From Acidothermaceae bacterium (GTDB lineage: Bacteria > Actinomycetota > Actinomycetes > Acidothermales > Acidothermaceae), in NCBI GenBank assembly GCA_036509315.1, contig DATCFU010000198.1, positions 2,107 to 66,106 on the forward strand: DNA of 64,000 nucleotides, read 5' to 3'. The translations under genes were made by a program, and so were the position numbers. The notes under the pieces were generated by a model, which had not been told where the DNA came from, made no database searches, and saw nothing but the letters and a program-made list of their open reading frames with translations. Positions within the stretch are counted from its first letter, which is position 1. The number at the start of each line of letters is the position of its first letter. This document shows positions 29,511 through 39,814 of the stretch, piece by piece.

Positions 29511-30586
29511 CGGTCGACCGTGCCGGCGATGAAGTCGGCAACTGCCTGACGCGCATCGTCGTCGCTGTACTGCACCGGCGGGCTCTTCATGAAGTAGCTG
29601 GACGCCGAGTTGATGGGTCCGCCGATGCCGCGGTCCTTCGCAATCATCGCCGCGCGGACCGCGTCGATGATGACGCCGGCGCTATTCGGGGAGTCCCACA
29701 CTTCGAGCTTGTACTCGAGGTTCAGCGGGGTGTCGCCGAACGAACGACCCTCAAGGCGCACGTAGGCCCACTTGCGGTCGTCGAGCCATGGCACGTAGTC
29801 GGACGGTCCGATGTGCACGTCGGCCTTCGCCATCTCGTGCGGAATCTGCGACGTGACGGACTGCGTCTTCGAGATCTTCTTGGACTGCAGGCGCTTGCGC
29901 TCCAGCATGTTCATGAAGTCCATGTTGCCGCCGAAGTTCAGCTGGTACGTGCGCAGCAGCTCGACACCACGGTCTTCGAACAGCTTCGCCATGACGCGGT
30001 GCGTGATCGTCGCGCCGACTTGGCTCTTGATGTCATCGCCGATGATCGGGAGCCCGGCGTCCTCGAACTTCTTCGCCCACGTCGGGTCGCTGGCAATGAA
30101 CACGGGAAGCGCGTTGACGAAGGCCACGCCGGCGTCGATCGCGCACTGGGCGTAGAACTTGTCGGCGACTTCGGATCCGACCGGGAGGTACGAGATCAGC
30201 ACGTCGACCTTGGCGTCCTTTAACGCCTTTACGACGTCGACGGGCTCTTCCTCGGACTCCTGGATGATGTCGCGGTAATAGTCACCCAGACCGTCATAGG
30301 TGTGGCCGCGCTGGACCACGACGCCGGTCGTGGGCACGTCGCAGAATTTGATGGTGTTGTTCTCGCTGGCGCCGATCGCGTCGGCGAGGTCGGACCCGAC
30401 CTTCTTGCCGTCGACGTCGAATGCCGCGACGAACTTGATATCGCGCACGTGATACGGGCCGAATTGCACGTGCATGAGGCCCGGCACCCGGTCGTCGGGG
30501 TCGGCGTTCTTGTAGAACTCGACTCCTTGGACGAGCGACGCGGCGCAGTTACCGACGCCAACGATGGCTACCCGAACCGAACCCAT
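29507..30586 (-). CDS. ino1: inositol-3-phosphate synthase
   Basis: [22 protein letters not shown]-terminus with a GGAG RBS. The longest ORF adds 23 implausible residues. Confidence 0.92.
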   Translation of the reverse strand: MGSVRVAIVGVGNCAASLVQGVEFYKNADPDDRVPGLMHVQFGPYHVRDIKFVAAFDVDGKKVGSDLADAIGASENNTIKFCDVPTTGVVVQRGHTYDGLGDYYRDIIQESEEEPVDVVKALKDAKVDVLISYLPVGSEVADKFYAQCAIDAGVAFVNALPVFIASDPTWAKKFEDAGLPIIGDDIKSQVGATITHRVMAKLFEDRGVELLRTYQLNFGGNMDFMNMLERKRLQSKKISKTQSVTSQIPHEMAKADVHIGPSDYVPWLDDRKWAYVRLEGRSFGDTPLNLEYKLEVWDSPNSAGVIIDAVRAAMIAKDRGIGGPINSASSYFMKSPPVQYSDDDARQAVADFIAGTVDR

Positions 30587-30647
30587 GAGCGGTGCTCCTT
30601 CAGTGTGATCCCGAGACAACCGGTTAATCCCCGTACGAGTGATGGCG

Positions 30648-31241
30648 CTAGACATTGGTGGCGGGGCTAGTTACTTGCGGAGTGGACGCGGGGTCGGCGC
30701 GCCGCTCGGTTTCGATCAGTTCGGTCAGCCAGCGAACTTCGCGCTCGACGGATTCGAGACCGTGCCGCTGAAGTTCGAGGGTGTAGCTGTCGACCCGCTC
30801 GCGAGTGCGAGCGACGGAGGTCTTCACGTTGTCGAGCCGCTCCTCGAGCCGGCTGCGGCGGCCTTCGAGGATGCGCATCCGCACCTCGGCGTCCGTCTGA
30901 GAAAAGAAGGCGAAGTGCACGCCGAAGTTCTCGTCTTCCCACGACGAAGGTCCGGCCTCGCCGAGCAGGTTTTGCAGGTGCTCTTTGCCGTCGGCGGTCA
31001 GCCGGTAGACGATCTTGCTACGACTCCCCGTCGATTCGCCGTCCGCGCTGACATGACCAAGGGCCAGCATCTGCTTCAGGCACGGGTAGAGCGAGCCGTA
31101 GGAGAATGCCCGGAAGGCGCCGAGCATTGTGTTCAAGCGCTTGCTGAGCTCGTAGCCGTGCATCGGTGACTCGTGGAGCAGCCCCAGGACGGCAAGCTCG
31201 AGGACGCCTGAGCGTCCTGACCGCCTGACTGCTTGCGCCAC
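30648..31241 (-). CDS. PadR family transcriptional regulator
   Basis: [23 protein letters not shown] winged-helix motif. I set the start at GTG 31241, which follows GAGGAG; the longest ORF reaches 31310. Confidence 0.85.
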   Translation of the reverse strand: MAQAVRRSGRSGVLELAVLGLLHESPMHGYELSKRLNTMLGAFRAFSYGSLYPCLKQMLALGHVSADGESTGSRSKIVYRLTADGKEHLQNLLGEAGPSSWEDENFGVHFAFFSQTDAEVRMRILEGRRSRLEERLDNVKTSVARTRERVDSYTLELQRHGLESVEREVRWLTELIETERRADPASTPQVTSPATNV

Positions 31242-31321
31242 TGATTGCTCCTCGATGTATCGAGCCGATACATCGCAACGATACGGGGCCGCCTTCACGA
31301 ACGCAAACACCGTGTCGCTGC

Positions 31322-31774
31322 GTGGCTAAAATGTCCGCCGTGGAGACGACCCGGTCCTTCATCGACTACTCGCTCGCGCGTCGGGCCATCCTCGCCGCCC
31401 TTTTCGGCGGGCGGGCGACGACGACCGACGTATGTGACGCGCACCCGTATCTGCTCCGGGCCGCCAAGTACCACGGCGAGCCGACCACCGAGCAGTGCCC
31501 GGTCTGCCGCAAGGAGCCGTTGACCCACGTCACCTACACGTACGGGGACGCGCTAGGCCAATACAGCGGTCGAATCAAGGCAACCCGCGAGCTGGCACAG
31601 ATGGAGCACGAGGTCAGCGAGTTCACGGTCTACGTGGTCGAGGTCTGCCAGAACTGCGGGTGGAACCACCTCCGCGAGTCCTACGTGCTCGGTCACGGTG
31701 GTCATGCGCGTGCCGCAAATCATCCCCCGGCTCGCCGGGTGACTCATTCCCGCGAGCGGGCCCTCTCCGAGTAA
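31322..31774 (+). CDS. DUF5318-like zinc-ribbon protein
   Basis: CPVC...CQNCGWNH Cys pairs. It is a conserved partner of PadR/ino1 in actinobacterial genomes. The family name is from memory. Confidence 0.55.
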   Translation: MAKMSAVETTRSFIDYSLARRAILAALFGGRATTTDVCDAHPYLLRAAKYHGEPTTEQCPVCRKEPLTHVTYTYGDALGQYSGRIKATRELAQMEHEVSEFTVYVVEVCQNCGWNHLRESYVLGHGGHARAANHPPARRVTHSRERALSE

Positions 31775-31851
31775 GCGGGTCGAAGTAGCCGCGGTGTCTG
31801 AGCAGCGGGGGCTGCGCGGCTGCACCGCGGTGGCCGACTAAGTTTCCTGTC

Positions 31852-33342
31852 ATGGACGACGTGCCGGCCGACGTGGCGGCGGGGGTGATCGCGCCCACGC
31901 ATGACGATCCGTTCGTTCGAGGTGGCAGCGCGGCTTTCGGCGGGCCCCTGGGCAGGCACGCGCGCACCGGCTGGTCGTGGTGGACGCCGCTGCGGGTGCT
32001 GATCGCTCTCGCCCTAGCCAGTTCGGTTCTCGGGTACATGCAGAAATACCCGTGCCGCAACCAGGCATGGTCTGGCGGGTTTCAGTACAGCCACGCCTGC
32101 TACAACGACATCTATCCGCTCTATTTCGGTGAGGGTCTGTCTGACAACAAAATCCCCTACTGGGACGCGCACACCGTGTCCGACGATCAACCGGGGCACC
32201 CAACCGGCGAGGTCGAATACCCGGTCATGATCGGGGCCGCGATGGAGGTGGGCTCCCTCGGAACAAGGCTGTTGTACCCCTCCAACGATCGCGGCCAGGG
32301 CTTCATCGACTTGACCTGGCTGATGCTCACGATCGCGGCAGTGGTGGCGGTGATCGCGACGGCACTGACCAACCGGCGCCGCATGTGGGACGCCGCGATG
32401 GTGGCCGCGGCCCCCTCGCTGATCCTGGCCGGATTGATCAACTGGGACTTGTTGGCAGTCGCGATGACGTCTCTCGGCATCTTGGCGTGGTCGCGAAAAC
32501 GCAACTTCCTGGCGGGCGCGCTGTTGGGCCTGGCCGTCGCGACGAAGTTTTACCCGATCGTGCTCTTCTTGCCATTGCTCCTGTTGTGCTGGCGTGCACG
32601 GCAGTTGAGGGCCTTCTGGATCGCTGTCGCGGGAGCTGCGATCGCCTGGTCAGTGGTCGACGTCCCGCTTGCGATCACGAGGTCCGAAGGCTGGTTCCGG
32701 TTCTACTATTTCAGCCGGACGCGTGGGGCTGACTGGGGCTCAATCTGGTACGTGCTCTCGCGTCCAGAAACGCTGCCGATCTTCGGTCACAAGATCAATT
32801 TCTTCGGCTGGAAGTACACGACGAACCAGCTCAACTTGTACGAGGCGGCTGCGATCGCGATCGCCTTCTTGGGCGTGTGCTGGCTCGCGTTGGCCGCTCG
32901 CCGGCGACCGCGGCTGCCGCAACTGTGCTTCCTGACGCTGGCATTTTTCCTGGTGCTCAACAAGGTCTATTCGCCGCAGTACGTGCTCTGGCTGCTGCCG
33001 TTCGTTGTGCTTGCCCGGCCGAGGTGGCGAGCGTTCCTGGTCTGGCAGAGCGCCGAAATCATCTACTTCCTCGGCATCTGGATGTACCTGCTGGGCGACC
33101 CGAGCGGTCGCACCGGCAAGGGCCTGGAGTACGGACCGTACGCGATCTCACTGGCCATCAGGGACATCTCCGTGCTGGCGCTGTGTGTGCTGGTGATCAT
33201 CGACATCCTTCGACCCGAAGGCGATGTGGTCCGCGCCGACGGCAGCGACGACCCGGCCGGCGGGGTGCTCGACGGAGCGCCCGACATCTTCGACGGCGAT
33301 CCGAGGTACGACGAGCCCGAGCCCGTCATGGCGCTGAACTGA
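31852..33342 (+). CDS. polytopic membrane glycosyltransferase, GT87/DUF2029-like
   Basis: About 10 predicted TM segments and a conserved early periplasmic loop (YNDIYPLYF). Rv0051-like by synteny with ino1 and rpsF. Confidence 0.6.
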   Translation: MDDVPADVAAGVIAPTHDDPFVRGGSAAFGGPLGRHARTGWSWWTPLRVLIALALASSVLGYMQKYPCRNQAWSGGFQYSHACYNDIYPLYFGEGLSDNKIPYWDAHTVSDDQPGHPTGEVEYPVMIGAAMEVGSLGTRLLYPSNDRGQGFIDLTWLMLTIAAVVAVIATALTNRRRMWDAAMVAAAPSLILAGLINWDLLAVAMTSLGILAWSRKRNFLAGALLGLAVATKFYPIVLFLPLLLLCWRARQLRAFWIAVAGAAIAWSVVDVPLAITRSEGWFRFYYFSRTRGADWGSIWYVLSRPETLPIFGHKINFFGWKYTTNQLNLYEAAAIAIAFLGVCWLALAARRRPRLPQLCFLTLAFFLVLNKVYSPQYVLWLLPFVVLARPRWRAFLVWQSAEIIYFLGIWMYLLGDPSGRTGKGLEYGPYAISLAIRDISVLALCVLVIIDILRPEGDVVRADGSDDPAGGVLDGAPDIFDGDPRYDEPEPVMALN

Positions 33343-33384
33343 TCGCCGCGGTCGGGCTGTAGCCACTCAGGCGTCCGCTGGCGC

Positions 33385-34170
33385 TCAGGCGTCCGCGCTG
33401 AGGTGCTTGCGCAGGTAAGCGATGTCGGCGCTCTGGCCGGCAGCACCGTTCGGTGTCTCGCACACCACGGGCACGCCAGCCTGACGGACGACCTCGACGA
33501 TGAGCGCGGGGTCAATGTCGCCGTCCTCGAAATTGGCGTGGCGGTCGGCGCCGGAACCGAACGGGTCGCGTGAGCCGTTGGCGTGCACCAGGTCGATCCG
33601 GCCGGTGATGGCCATGACGCGGTCGACGACGCCGACGAGATCCTCCCCGGCTGCGTGGGCGTGGCAGGTGTCGAGGCAAAACCCGGGCCCGTACTCGCCG
33701 ACGGCCTCCCACAACATGGCGAGCCGGTCGAAGTGGCGCGCCATGGCGTTCTCACCGCCGGCAGTGTTCTCGATGAAGATCGGCAGCGGGGGCGTCCAGC
33801 GTTCGAAGGTCTTGCGCCAGTTGTCGACCCCGACCGCCGGGTCGTCGTCCTTCAAGACGTGGCCACCGTGCACGATCAGCGCCTTCGCGCCGATGCTTGC
33901 CGCAGCGTCGGCATGCTGCGCCAGGATCTTGCGGCTCGGGATCCGGATCCGGTTGTTGGTGGTGGCCACGTTGATGACGTACGGCGAGTGGACGTAGAGG
34001 TCGATCGGGGCGTTCTTGAGGGCCTCGACGCCGGCCCGGACCTGCGGTGCCTTCCAGTCCTGTGGGTCACCGAGAAAGAACTGCGCGAGGTCGGCCTCGC
34101 GCGCCCGCGCTTGCGCGATGGGGTCGTCCTGGTCGACGTGCGCACCGATCTTCGGCAGCGAGGTGGTCAT
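33385..34170 (-). CDS. nfo: deoxyribonuclease IV / AP endonuclease family 2 (xylose isomerase-like TIM barrel)
   Basis: HSPYVINVAT, IVHGG, IENTAGG and CLDTCHAHAAG metal-binding motifs. I set the start at ATG 34170. The track ORF extends over rpsF on the opposite strand. Confidence 0.75.
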   Translation of the reverse strand: MTTSLPKIGAHVDQDDPIAQARAREADLAQFFLGDPQDWKAPQVRAGVEALKNAPIDLYVHSPYVINVATTNNRIRIPSRKILAQHADAAASIGAKALIVHGGHVLKDDDPAVGVDNWRKTFERWTPPLPIFIENTAGGENAMARHFDRLAMLWEAVGEYGPGFCLDTCHAHAAGEDLVGVVDRVMAITGRIDLVHANGSRDPFGSGADRHANFEDGDIDPALIVEVVRQAGVPVVCETPNGAAGQSADIAYLRKHLSADA

Positions 34171-34243
34171 GGATTGCACCCTAATCGCGACCCCTGACAG
34201 GCGCACCTGGCCCAAGCTCCTCGCCGTCCGGCCGCTTGCTCTG

Positions 34244-34283
34244 CTTGTGGACGGGGTTTCGGGCTTGTGGACAGGATTTCGGG
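34244..34283. repeat. 20-bp direct repeat x2 (CTTGTGGACGGGGTTTCGGG / CTTGTGGACAGGATTTCGGG)
   Basis: The two adjacent units differ at 2 positions. Each contains TTGTGGAC, the reverse complement of a DnaA-box core. They lie about 100 nt upstream of rpsF. Confidence 0.8.
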
Positions 34284-34386
34284 TCGAGGCCGCCGGCTTG
34301 GTACTGTGACGCGTTGCTTCGACGCAACGAGCCCTCCTGCCACGGATCGACCGTGGCCGCCCAGACCGAAGGAGGTCGGTGCACGC

Positions 34387-34677
34387 ATGCGTCGTTACGA
34401 ACTGATGGTGCTCCTCGATCCCGATGTGGAAGAGAAGACCGTCGCCCCGTCCCTCGATCAGTTTCTCGGTGTTGTTCGCCAAGACGGCGGCACCGTGGAC
34501 AAGGTCGACGTCTGGGGGCGTCGTCGCTTGGCGTACGAGATCGCCAAGAAGACCGAGGCCATCTACGCGGTGATCGACATCGTCGCTGAGCCGGCCTCCG
34601 TCAAGGAGCTCGACCGCCAGCTGAACCTCAACGAGACCGTGCTGCGCACCAAGCTCATGCGGCCGGAGAAGCACTAG
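34387..34677 (+). CDS. rpsF: 30S ribosomal protein S6
   Basis: [17 protein letters not shown], with a GGAGG RBS upstream. Confidence 0.95.
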   Translation: MRRYELMVLLDPDVEEKTVAPSLDQFLGVVRQDGGTVDKVDVWGRRRLAYEIAKKTEAIYAVIDIVAEPASVKELDRQLNLNETVLRTKLMRPEKH

Positions 34678-34679
34678 CC

Positions 34680-35162
34680 ATGGCCGCCGGCGACACTGTC
34701 ATCACGCTGATCGGCAACCTGGTCGACGACCCGGAGTTGCGCTTCACCCCCAACGGCCAAGCCGTCGCGAAGTTCCGCATCGCCTCGACGCCGCGTTTCA
34801 TGGACAAGGCGACGAACGAGTGGAAGGACGGCGAGAGCCTCTTCCTCACTTGCAACGTGTGGCGGCAAGCGGCGGAGAACTGCGCCGAGTCGCTGACCCG
34901 TGGCATGCGAGTCATCGTCTCCGGCCGGCTCAAGCAGCGGTCCTATGAGACCAAAGAGGGCGAGAAGCGCACCGTCTTCGAGGTTGAGGTCGATGAGGTC
35001 GGTCCCTCACTGCGCAACGCGACCGCCAAGGTCGTCAAGGCGGCCCGCGGTCCGGGCGCGAGTGGCGGTTACGGCAGTGGTTCCGGTGGCGGCGCTCCCG
35101 CGGACGACCCATGGTCGGCGCCCACAGCAGCGGGTGGGTTCTCCGACGAGCCGCCGTTCTAG
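34680..35162 (+). CDS. ssb: single-stranded DNA-binding protein
   Basis: OB fold [29 protein letters not shown], a Gly-rich linker and a C-terminal DEPPF tip. Confidence 0.95.
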   Translation: MAAGDTVITLIGNLVDDPELRFTPNGQAVAKFRIASTPRFMDKATNEWKDGESLFLTCNVWRQAAENCAESLTRGMRVIVSGRLKQRSYETKEGEKRTVFEVEVDEVGPSLRNATAKVVKAARGPGASGGYGSGSGGGAPADDPWSAPTAAGGFSDEPPF

Positions 35163-35279
35163 AACTCTGCCGGGCGGCGCACACCTCGCGACGTCCCTCA
35201 CTCGCTTTTTTCCTACCCCACGCACGACTGACTGCCCAGGCTACGAAGCCACACGGGCGCGACTACTTGGAGTAATGCG

Positions 35280-35516
35280 ATGCCGAAAGTTCCTCTGCGC
35301 AAGCCGAAGAAGAAGGTTTGCGTGTTCTGCAAGGAGAAGGTCTCCTACGTCGACTACAAGGACACCAACCTGCTGCGGAAGTACATCTCAGACCGCGGCA
35401 AGATCCGGGCCCGTCGGGTCACCGGCAACTGCACTCAGCACCAGCGCGACATCGCCACCGCGGTAAAGAACAGCCGCGAAGTGGCGTTGCTGCCCTATAC
35501 CAGCGCTGCGCGCTAG
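35280..35516 (+). CDS. rpsR: 30S ribosomal protein S18
   Basis: [42 protein letters not shown]. Confidence 0.95.
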   Translation: MPKVPLRKPKKKVCVFCKEKVSYVDYKDTNLLRKYISDRGKIRARRVTGNCTQHQRDIATAVKNSREVALLPYTSAAR

Positions 35517-35533
35517 AAGACAGGACGACGACC

Positions 35534-35983
35534 ATGAAACTCATCCTCACCGGCGAGGTCGCTGGCCTCGGTGCCCCTGGCGACATCGTCGAGGTCAAAG
35601 ACGGTTACGGCCGAAACTTCCTCGTGCCGCAGGGTCTTGCCATGCGCGCGACCAAGGGCGCGGAGAAGCAGATCGCCTCGCTCAAGCGGGCGCGTGACAT
35701 CCGCGAAGTTCGTGACCTCGCGCACGCACGCGAGATCAAGACCCAGCTCGAGACCCTGAAGATCACGCTGCCGACGCGCGCCGGTGCAGCAGGCCGGCTG
35801 TTCGGCTCGGTGACGGTCGCCGATGTCGTGGCGGCGGTGAAGGCGGCCGGCGGTCCGATCCTCGACAAGCGCAAGGTCGAGATCGAGTCGCCGATCAAGA
35901 CCGTCGGTACCCACCAAGTCGTCGTGCGGGTGCAGGGCGACATCTCGGCGAAGGTCGCGCTCGAGGTCACCGCGGCGTCGTAG
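35534..35983 (+). CDS. rplI: 50S ribosomal protein L9
   Basis: MKLILTGEVAGLGAPGDIVEVKDGYGRNFLVPQGLA. The track ORF starts earlier, in the same frame, inside rpsR. Confidence 0.93.
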   Translation: MKLILTGEVAGLGAPGDIVEVKDGYGRNFLVPQGLAMRATKGAEKQIASLKRARDIREVRDLAHAREIKTQLETLKITLPTRAGAAGRLFGSVTVADVVAAVKAAGGPILDKRKVEIESPIKTVGTHQVVVRVQGDISAKVALEVTAAS

Positions 35984-36000
35984 GTCCGGCCGGTGTTGGT

Positions 36001-36363
36001 CTACTCGAGCGCGTCGGCGATGGTGGCCGGGGCTCGCATTCGCCATGCGTCTGTCACCAGTTCGGTGAGGCGTTCGACGCCGACTTCGTCGAGCCGCAAC
36101 ATCACCAGCGGGAATCCGTCGTAGCCCTGTGTTGTGAAGAACAGCGTCGGCTCACCGAGCACGAGTGCCTGCTTCTCGGCCTCATCGCCGACGTAGAGGA
36201 CGGCGACGTCGGTGCGAATTTCTCGACGCCTGCCTGGGCGGTACTCGGGGTAGGACCAGACGAACCCCTTGCCGCCCACCCTGAAGTCGAACCCTTCGCT
36301 GGGGATCTCGACCACCTGCGGCAGGCTCAACGCAATGCGTCGCACGTCATCGGCGTCAGCCAT
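36001..36363 (-). CDS. MmcQ/YjbR-like protein
   Basis: 120 aa with the pattern DVRRIALSLPQVVE...FRVGGKGF. The family assignment is by eye. Confidence 0.55.
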   Translation of the reverse strand: MADADDVRRIALSLPQVVEIPSEGFDFRVGGKGFVWSYPEYRPGRRREIRTDVAVLYVGDEAEKQALVLGEPTLFFTTQGYDGFPLVMLRLDEVGVERLTELVTDAWRMRAPATIADALE

Positions 36364-36366
36364 GGC

Positions 36367-37227
36367 CTAGGACCAGGCGAGGCCGGTCAGCCGCTCGTAG
36401 GCCTCGATGTACTTCTCGCGCGTTTTCGCGACCACCTCGTCGGGCAGCGGTGGCGGCGGAGTGTCCGAACTCTTGTCCCAGCCGGACGCCGGTGAGGTCA
36501 GCCAGTCCCGCACGTATTGCTTGTCGTACGACGGCTGCGCGTGCCCAGGCTCGTACAGATCGGCTGGCCAGAAGCGCGACGAGTCGGGGGTCAGCACCTC
36601 ATCGGCCAGCACGATCGTGCCGTCCCCGGACCCTCGCCGTCCGAACTCGAATTTCGTGTCCGCCAAGATGATGCCGCGTTCGCGTGCGATCTCCTCGGCG
36701 CGACCATACGCCGCCAGCGTCAGGCGCTTGAGCTCGTCAGCTGCGTCGGCCCCTATGGTGTCTTCGACGTCCGCCAGCGAAATGTTCTCGTCGTGCTCGC
36801 CAATCGGCGCTTTCGTCGACGGCGTGAACAGCGGTTCGGGCAACCGCGACCCGTCGACTAGGCCCGCCGGCAGCGGGATTCCGGAGACCGCACCGGTGCG
36901 CTTGTAGTCCGACAATCCCGAACCGGTCAGGTATCCGCGGGCGATGCACTCGACCGGCAGCATGTCGAGGCGCTCGCAGATCATCGCGCGGCCGGCGAAC
37001 TCCGGCGGCACGTCGGTCGAGATCAGGTGGTTGGGCACCACGTCGGCGAGCTGCTCGAACCACCAGATCGACATCGCCGTCAGGACAGCGCCCTTGTCGG
37101 GGATTGGCGTCGGAAGCACGAAGTCGTAGGCAGAGATGCGATCACTGGCGACGAACAGCAAGCTGCCGTCGTCCATCTCGTAGAGGTCACGCACTTTGCC
37201 CGAGGCGATGAAGGTGTAGTCGCTCAT
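36367..37227 (-). CDS. purC: phosphoribosylaminoimidazole-succinocarboxamide synthase
   Basis: [37 protein letters not shown] set the start at ATG 37227; the track ORF has an Arg/Pro-rich 65-aa extension. Confidence 0.93.
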   Translation of the reverse strand: MSDYTFIASGKVRDLYEMDDGSLLFVASDRISAYDFVLPTPIPDKGAVLTAMSIWWFEQLADVVPNHLISTDVPPEFAGRAMICERLDMLPVECIARGYLTGSGLSDYKRTGAVSGIPLPAGLVDGSRLPEPLFTPSTKAPIGEHDENISLADVEDTIGADAADELKRLTLAAYGRAEEIARERGIILADTKFEFGRRGSGDGTIVLADEVLTPDSSRFWPADLYEPGHAQPSYDKQYVRDWLTSPASGWDKSSDTPPPPLPDEVVAKTREKYIEAYERLTGLAWS

Positions 37228-37255
37228 TCGCCGAAGTGTGCCAGAAGGTCTCTGG

Positions 37256-38686
37256 TCAGAGAATGTCGCCTGGCGCGTAGAACGCTGCGTCGGGGTAGCG
37301 GGCCGTGACGTGCGCAACCTGGTCGCAGAAGCGGGCGACCTGCGCGGTCGCGGCGCCGGTGAACGCGAGGGGTGCTGACGGCAGCGCAGCGATGTCGGCG
37401 TCGGTGAGCTGCAGCCGGTCATCTGCGGCGAGGCGCTCGAACAGGTCGTTGTGGTCGATGCCTTTTTCCCGCATCGCCAGCGCGACGGCGACCGCGTGCT
37501 CCTTGATGGCCTCGTGCGCGACCTCGCGTCCGACTCCGTGCTTGACCGCGGTGATCAGCACCTTCGTCGTGGCCAGGAACGGCAAGTAGCGATCGAGCTC
37601 ACGCTGGACGACGGCCGGGTACGCGCCAAACTCGTCGAGAACGATCAGGAAGGTCTGGAAAAGTCCATCTGCTGCGAAGAAAGCGCCGGGCAACGCGACC
37701 CGTCGCACGACGGAACAAGAGACGTCGCCCTCGTTCCACTGGTCGCCCGCGAGCTCCCCGGTCATCGAACTGAAGCCGCGCAAGACGACGGCGAGGCCGT
37801 TGATTCGCTCGCACGACCGGGTGTTCATCTTGTGTGGCATCGCACTCGACCCGACTTGCCCTGCCTTGAACCCCTCGGTCGCCAGCTCGTGCCCGGCCAT
37901 GAGGCGGATCGTGGTCGCAAGGCTCGAGGGTCCGGCGCCCGCTTGAACGAGAGCGGTGACGACGTCGAAGTCCAGCGACCGCGGGTACACCTGGCCGACG
38001 CTGTTCAACACCCGCTCGAAGCCTAGGTGGCCGGCAACGCTGGCCTCGAGCTGGGCGAGCTTCGCTGCATCGCCGTCGAGCAGATCGAGCATGTCCTGGG
38101 CGGTGCCCATCGGACCCTTGATGCCGCGCAACGGGAAGCGTGCGATCAGTTGCTCGATGCGTTCGAGCGCGACCAGCAGCTCTTCACCAGCCGAGGCAAA
38201 TCGCTTGCCGAGCGTCGTCGCCTGCGCGGCGACGTTGTGACTACGCCCGACCATCACCAGTTCGGCGTGCTCGGCGGCGAGGCGGGCCAGCCGGGCCAGC
38301 GCAGCCACCATCCGGTCGCGGATGATCACCAGCGACTCGCGCACCTGGAGTTGCTCGACGTTCTCGGTGAGGTCGCGTGACGTCATGCCCTTGTGGATGT
38401 GCTCGTGCCCCGCAAGCGCGTTGAACTCTTCGATGCGCGCTTTCACGTCGTGGCGGGTGAGCTTCTCGCGTTCGTTGATGGAGTCGAGGTCGACGTCGTT
38501 GCTGACCCGCACGTAGTCGTCGACGACACCAGCCGGGACGTCGATGCCGAGCTCGGATTGGGCCTTCAGGACGGCGATCCAGAGCTGTCGTTCGAGCGCG
38601 ACCTTGGCCCGCGGCGACCACAGTTCAATCAGCGCGGCCGACGCGTATCGCGTCGCGAGCACGTCGGGGATCTGGGTGGCTGCCAT
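37256..38686 (-). CDS. purB: adenylosuccinate lyase
   Basis: Fumarate-lyase signature [16 protein letters not shown] set the start at ATG 38686. Confidence 0.93.
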   Translation of the reverse strand: MAATQIPDVLATRYASAALIELWSPRAKVALERQLWIAVLKAQSELGIDVPAGVVDDYVRVSNDVDLDSINEREKLTRHDVKARIEEFNALAGHEHIHKGMTSRDLTENVEQLQVRESLVIIRDRMVAALARLARLAAEHAELVMVGRSHNVAAQATTLGKRFASAGEELLVALERIEQLIARFPLRGIKGPMGTAQDMLDLLDGDAAKLAQLEASVAGHLGFERVLNSVGQVYPRSLDFDVVTALVQAGAGPSSLATTIRLMAGHELATEGFKAGQVGSSAMPHKMNTRSCERINGLAVVLRGFSSMTGELAGDQWNEGDVSCSVVRRVALPGAFFAADGLFQTFLIVLDEFGAYPAVVQRELDRYLPFLATTKVLITAVKHGVGREVAHEAIKEHAVAVALAMREKGIDHNDLFERLAADDRLQLTDADIAALPSAPLAFTGAATAQVARFCDQVAHVTARYPDAAFYAPGDIL

Positions 38687-38755
38687 GACAGCACCATTGT
38701 CGCATCGGCGCGGCATCTCGCGTCTGCCCACGGGATGCCCGCGCCGCGGCTGCTC

Positions 38756-39814
38756 TTAGAAGTGGGTGGCCACCGCTTGCGCGAGCGCCAGCATGGTCGC
38801 ATCGCTGGGGAGCTGTCCCGACTCAGGGACCGACAGGTCCTTGCCGTTGCTCGCTGCGACGTCTATTGCTAGCGGGTTCCCACCGGTGCGCAGGAGCTGG
38901 ACGTCGACGACCGACAGCGAGCCCTTGGTCAGGTGGGATACACACGCGGTCACGTCCGAACTAACCGGAGAGCAACTCTGGTCGTCGACTCCCTTGACGC
39001 CGTCGGTTGCCGCACCAGGAGCGGGTGACTTTGTAGCGGCCGCGCTCGCCATCGCGCGCTTCTGGGCCTCGAGGCTGGCGATCGCCCCAGCATCAAGCGA
39101 AGCCGACGGTGAGGGCGCCGGCTTCTCGACCGCCGACGCCGAGTTCAGCCCGGCCGCGCTTGCGGCCGCCATCTTGCTGGCCTCGAGCTTGGCCTCTGTC
39201 GATGGATCCAGCGACTGCGGCGACGGCGCCGTGCCCCGGGCGATCTCGATCTGTCCCGCTGCCCCGCCCCCGCCGAGTTTCGCGGCGATATCGGGACCGG
39301 TTTGTGCGTTGACCTGCAGCTGGACCGTGCCGGTCGAGAGTGTGAACAATGCCTCGACGGTGCGCGACCCGTCGGGCGTCTGAACGCAGTTCGCCGCATG
39401 GTCAGGGGTTGCGGTGACACCGGCCGGCAGCGCCCCATTGACGACGCTGAGCCAGTTGATGGTGGCAGGAGTTGCGCACGGCACCCCGGGCGACGGCTTC
39501 GCCGGATCGGGCGCCGAACTCGACGATGACGGAGCGGGCGATGACGGCGGCGTCGTCGTGCCCCGAGCTCCAGTTCCGATGTCGGACGGCGAGGCGCTGC
39601 CGAGCCCAAGCAACGTTGGTCCGGTCACGATGCCGGCAACCGCTGCACCGGCCAGCACCGTCGACCCTGCGGCGTAGAGGCCGTGCCTGTTGCGATTCGC
39701 GCGCCGACCCTGGCGCGCCAGCAACTCGACGTCCGGCAAGGTTGGCGGTTCCCCGGTTTGGCCGGAGCGGAACGCGGCGGCAAACGCCTGCCGTGCGAGG
39801 TCCTCGTCGTTCAT
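38756..39814 (-). CDS. membrane-anchored hypothetical protein downstream of an ECF sigma gene (possible anti-sigma/partner)
   Basis: A short cytoplasmic N-terminus, one TM segment (GSTVLAGAAVAGIVTGPTLLGL), a Ser/Pro-rich linker and then a roughly 230-aa outer domain. 4-nt overlap with the sigma gene. Confidence 0.5.
   Translation of the reverse strand: MNDEDLARQAFAAAFRSGQTGEPPTLPDVELLARQGRRANRNRHGLYAAGSTVLAGAAVAGIVTGPTLLGLGSASPSDIGTGARGTTTPPSSPAPSSSSSAPDPAKPSPGVPCATPATINWLSVVNGALPAGVTATPDHAANCVQTPDGSRTVEALFTLSTGTVQLQVNAQTGPDIAAKLGGGGAAGQIEIARGTAPSPQSLDPSTEAKLEASKMAAASAAGLNSASAVEKPAPSPSASLDAGAIASLEAQKRAMASAAATKSPAPGAATDGVKGVDDQSCSPVSSDVTACVSHLTKGSLSVVDVQLLRTGGNPLAIDVAASNGKDLSVPESGQLPSDATMLALAQAVATHF

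Noticed and set aside
33366-33400. A 13-bp direct repeat, CTCAGGCGTCCGC, occurring twice 5 nt apart between the GT87-like gene and nfo.
   Set aside because: The second copy is the nfo stop codon and last codons. The pair also forms a short CTCAG..CTGAG hairpin in a convergent gap. That is consistent with a weak terminator or chance duplication, and it is too small to interpret further.
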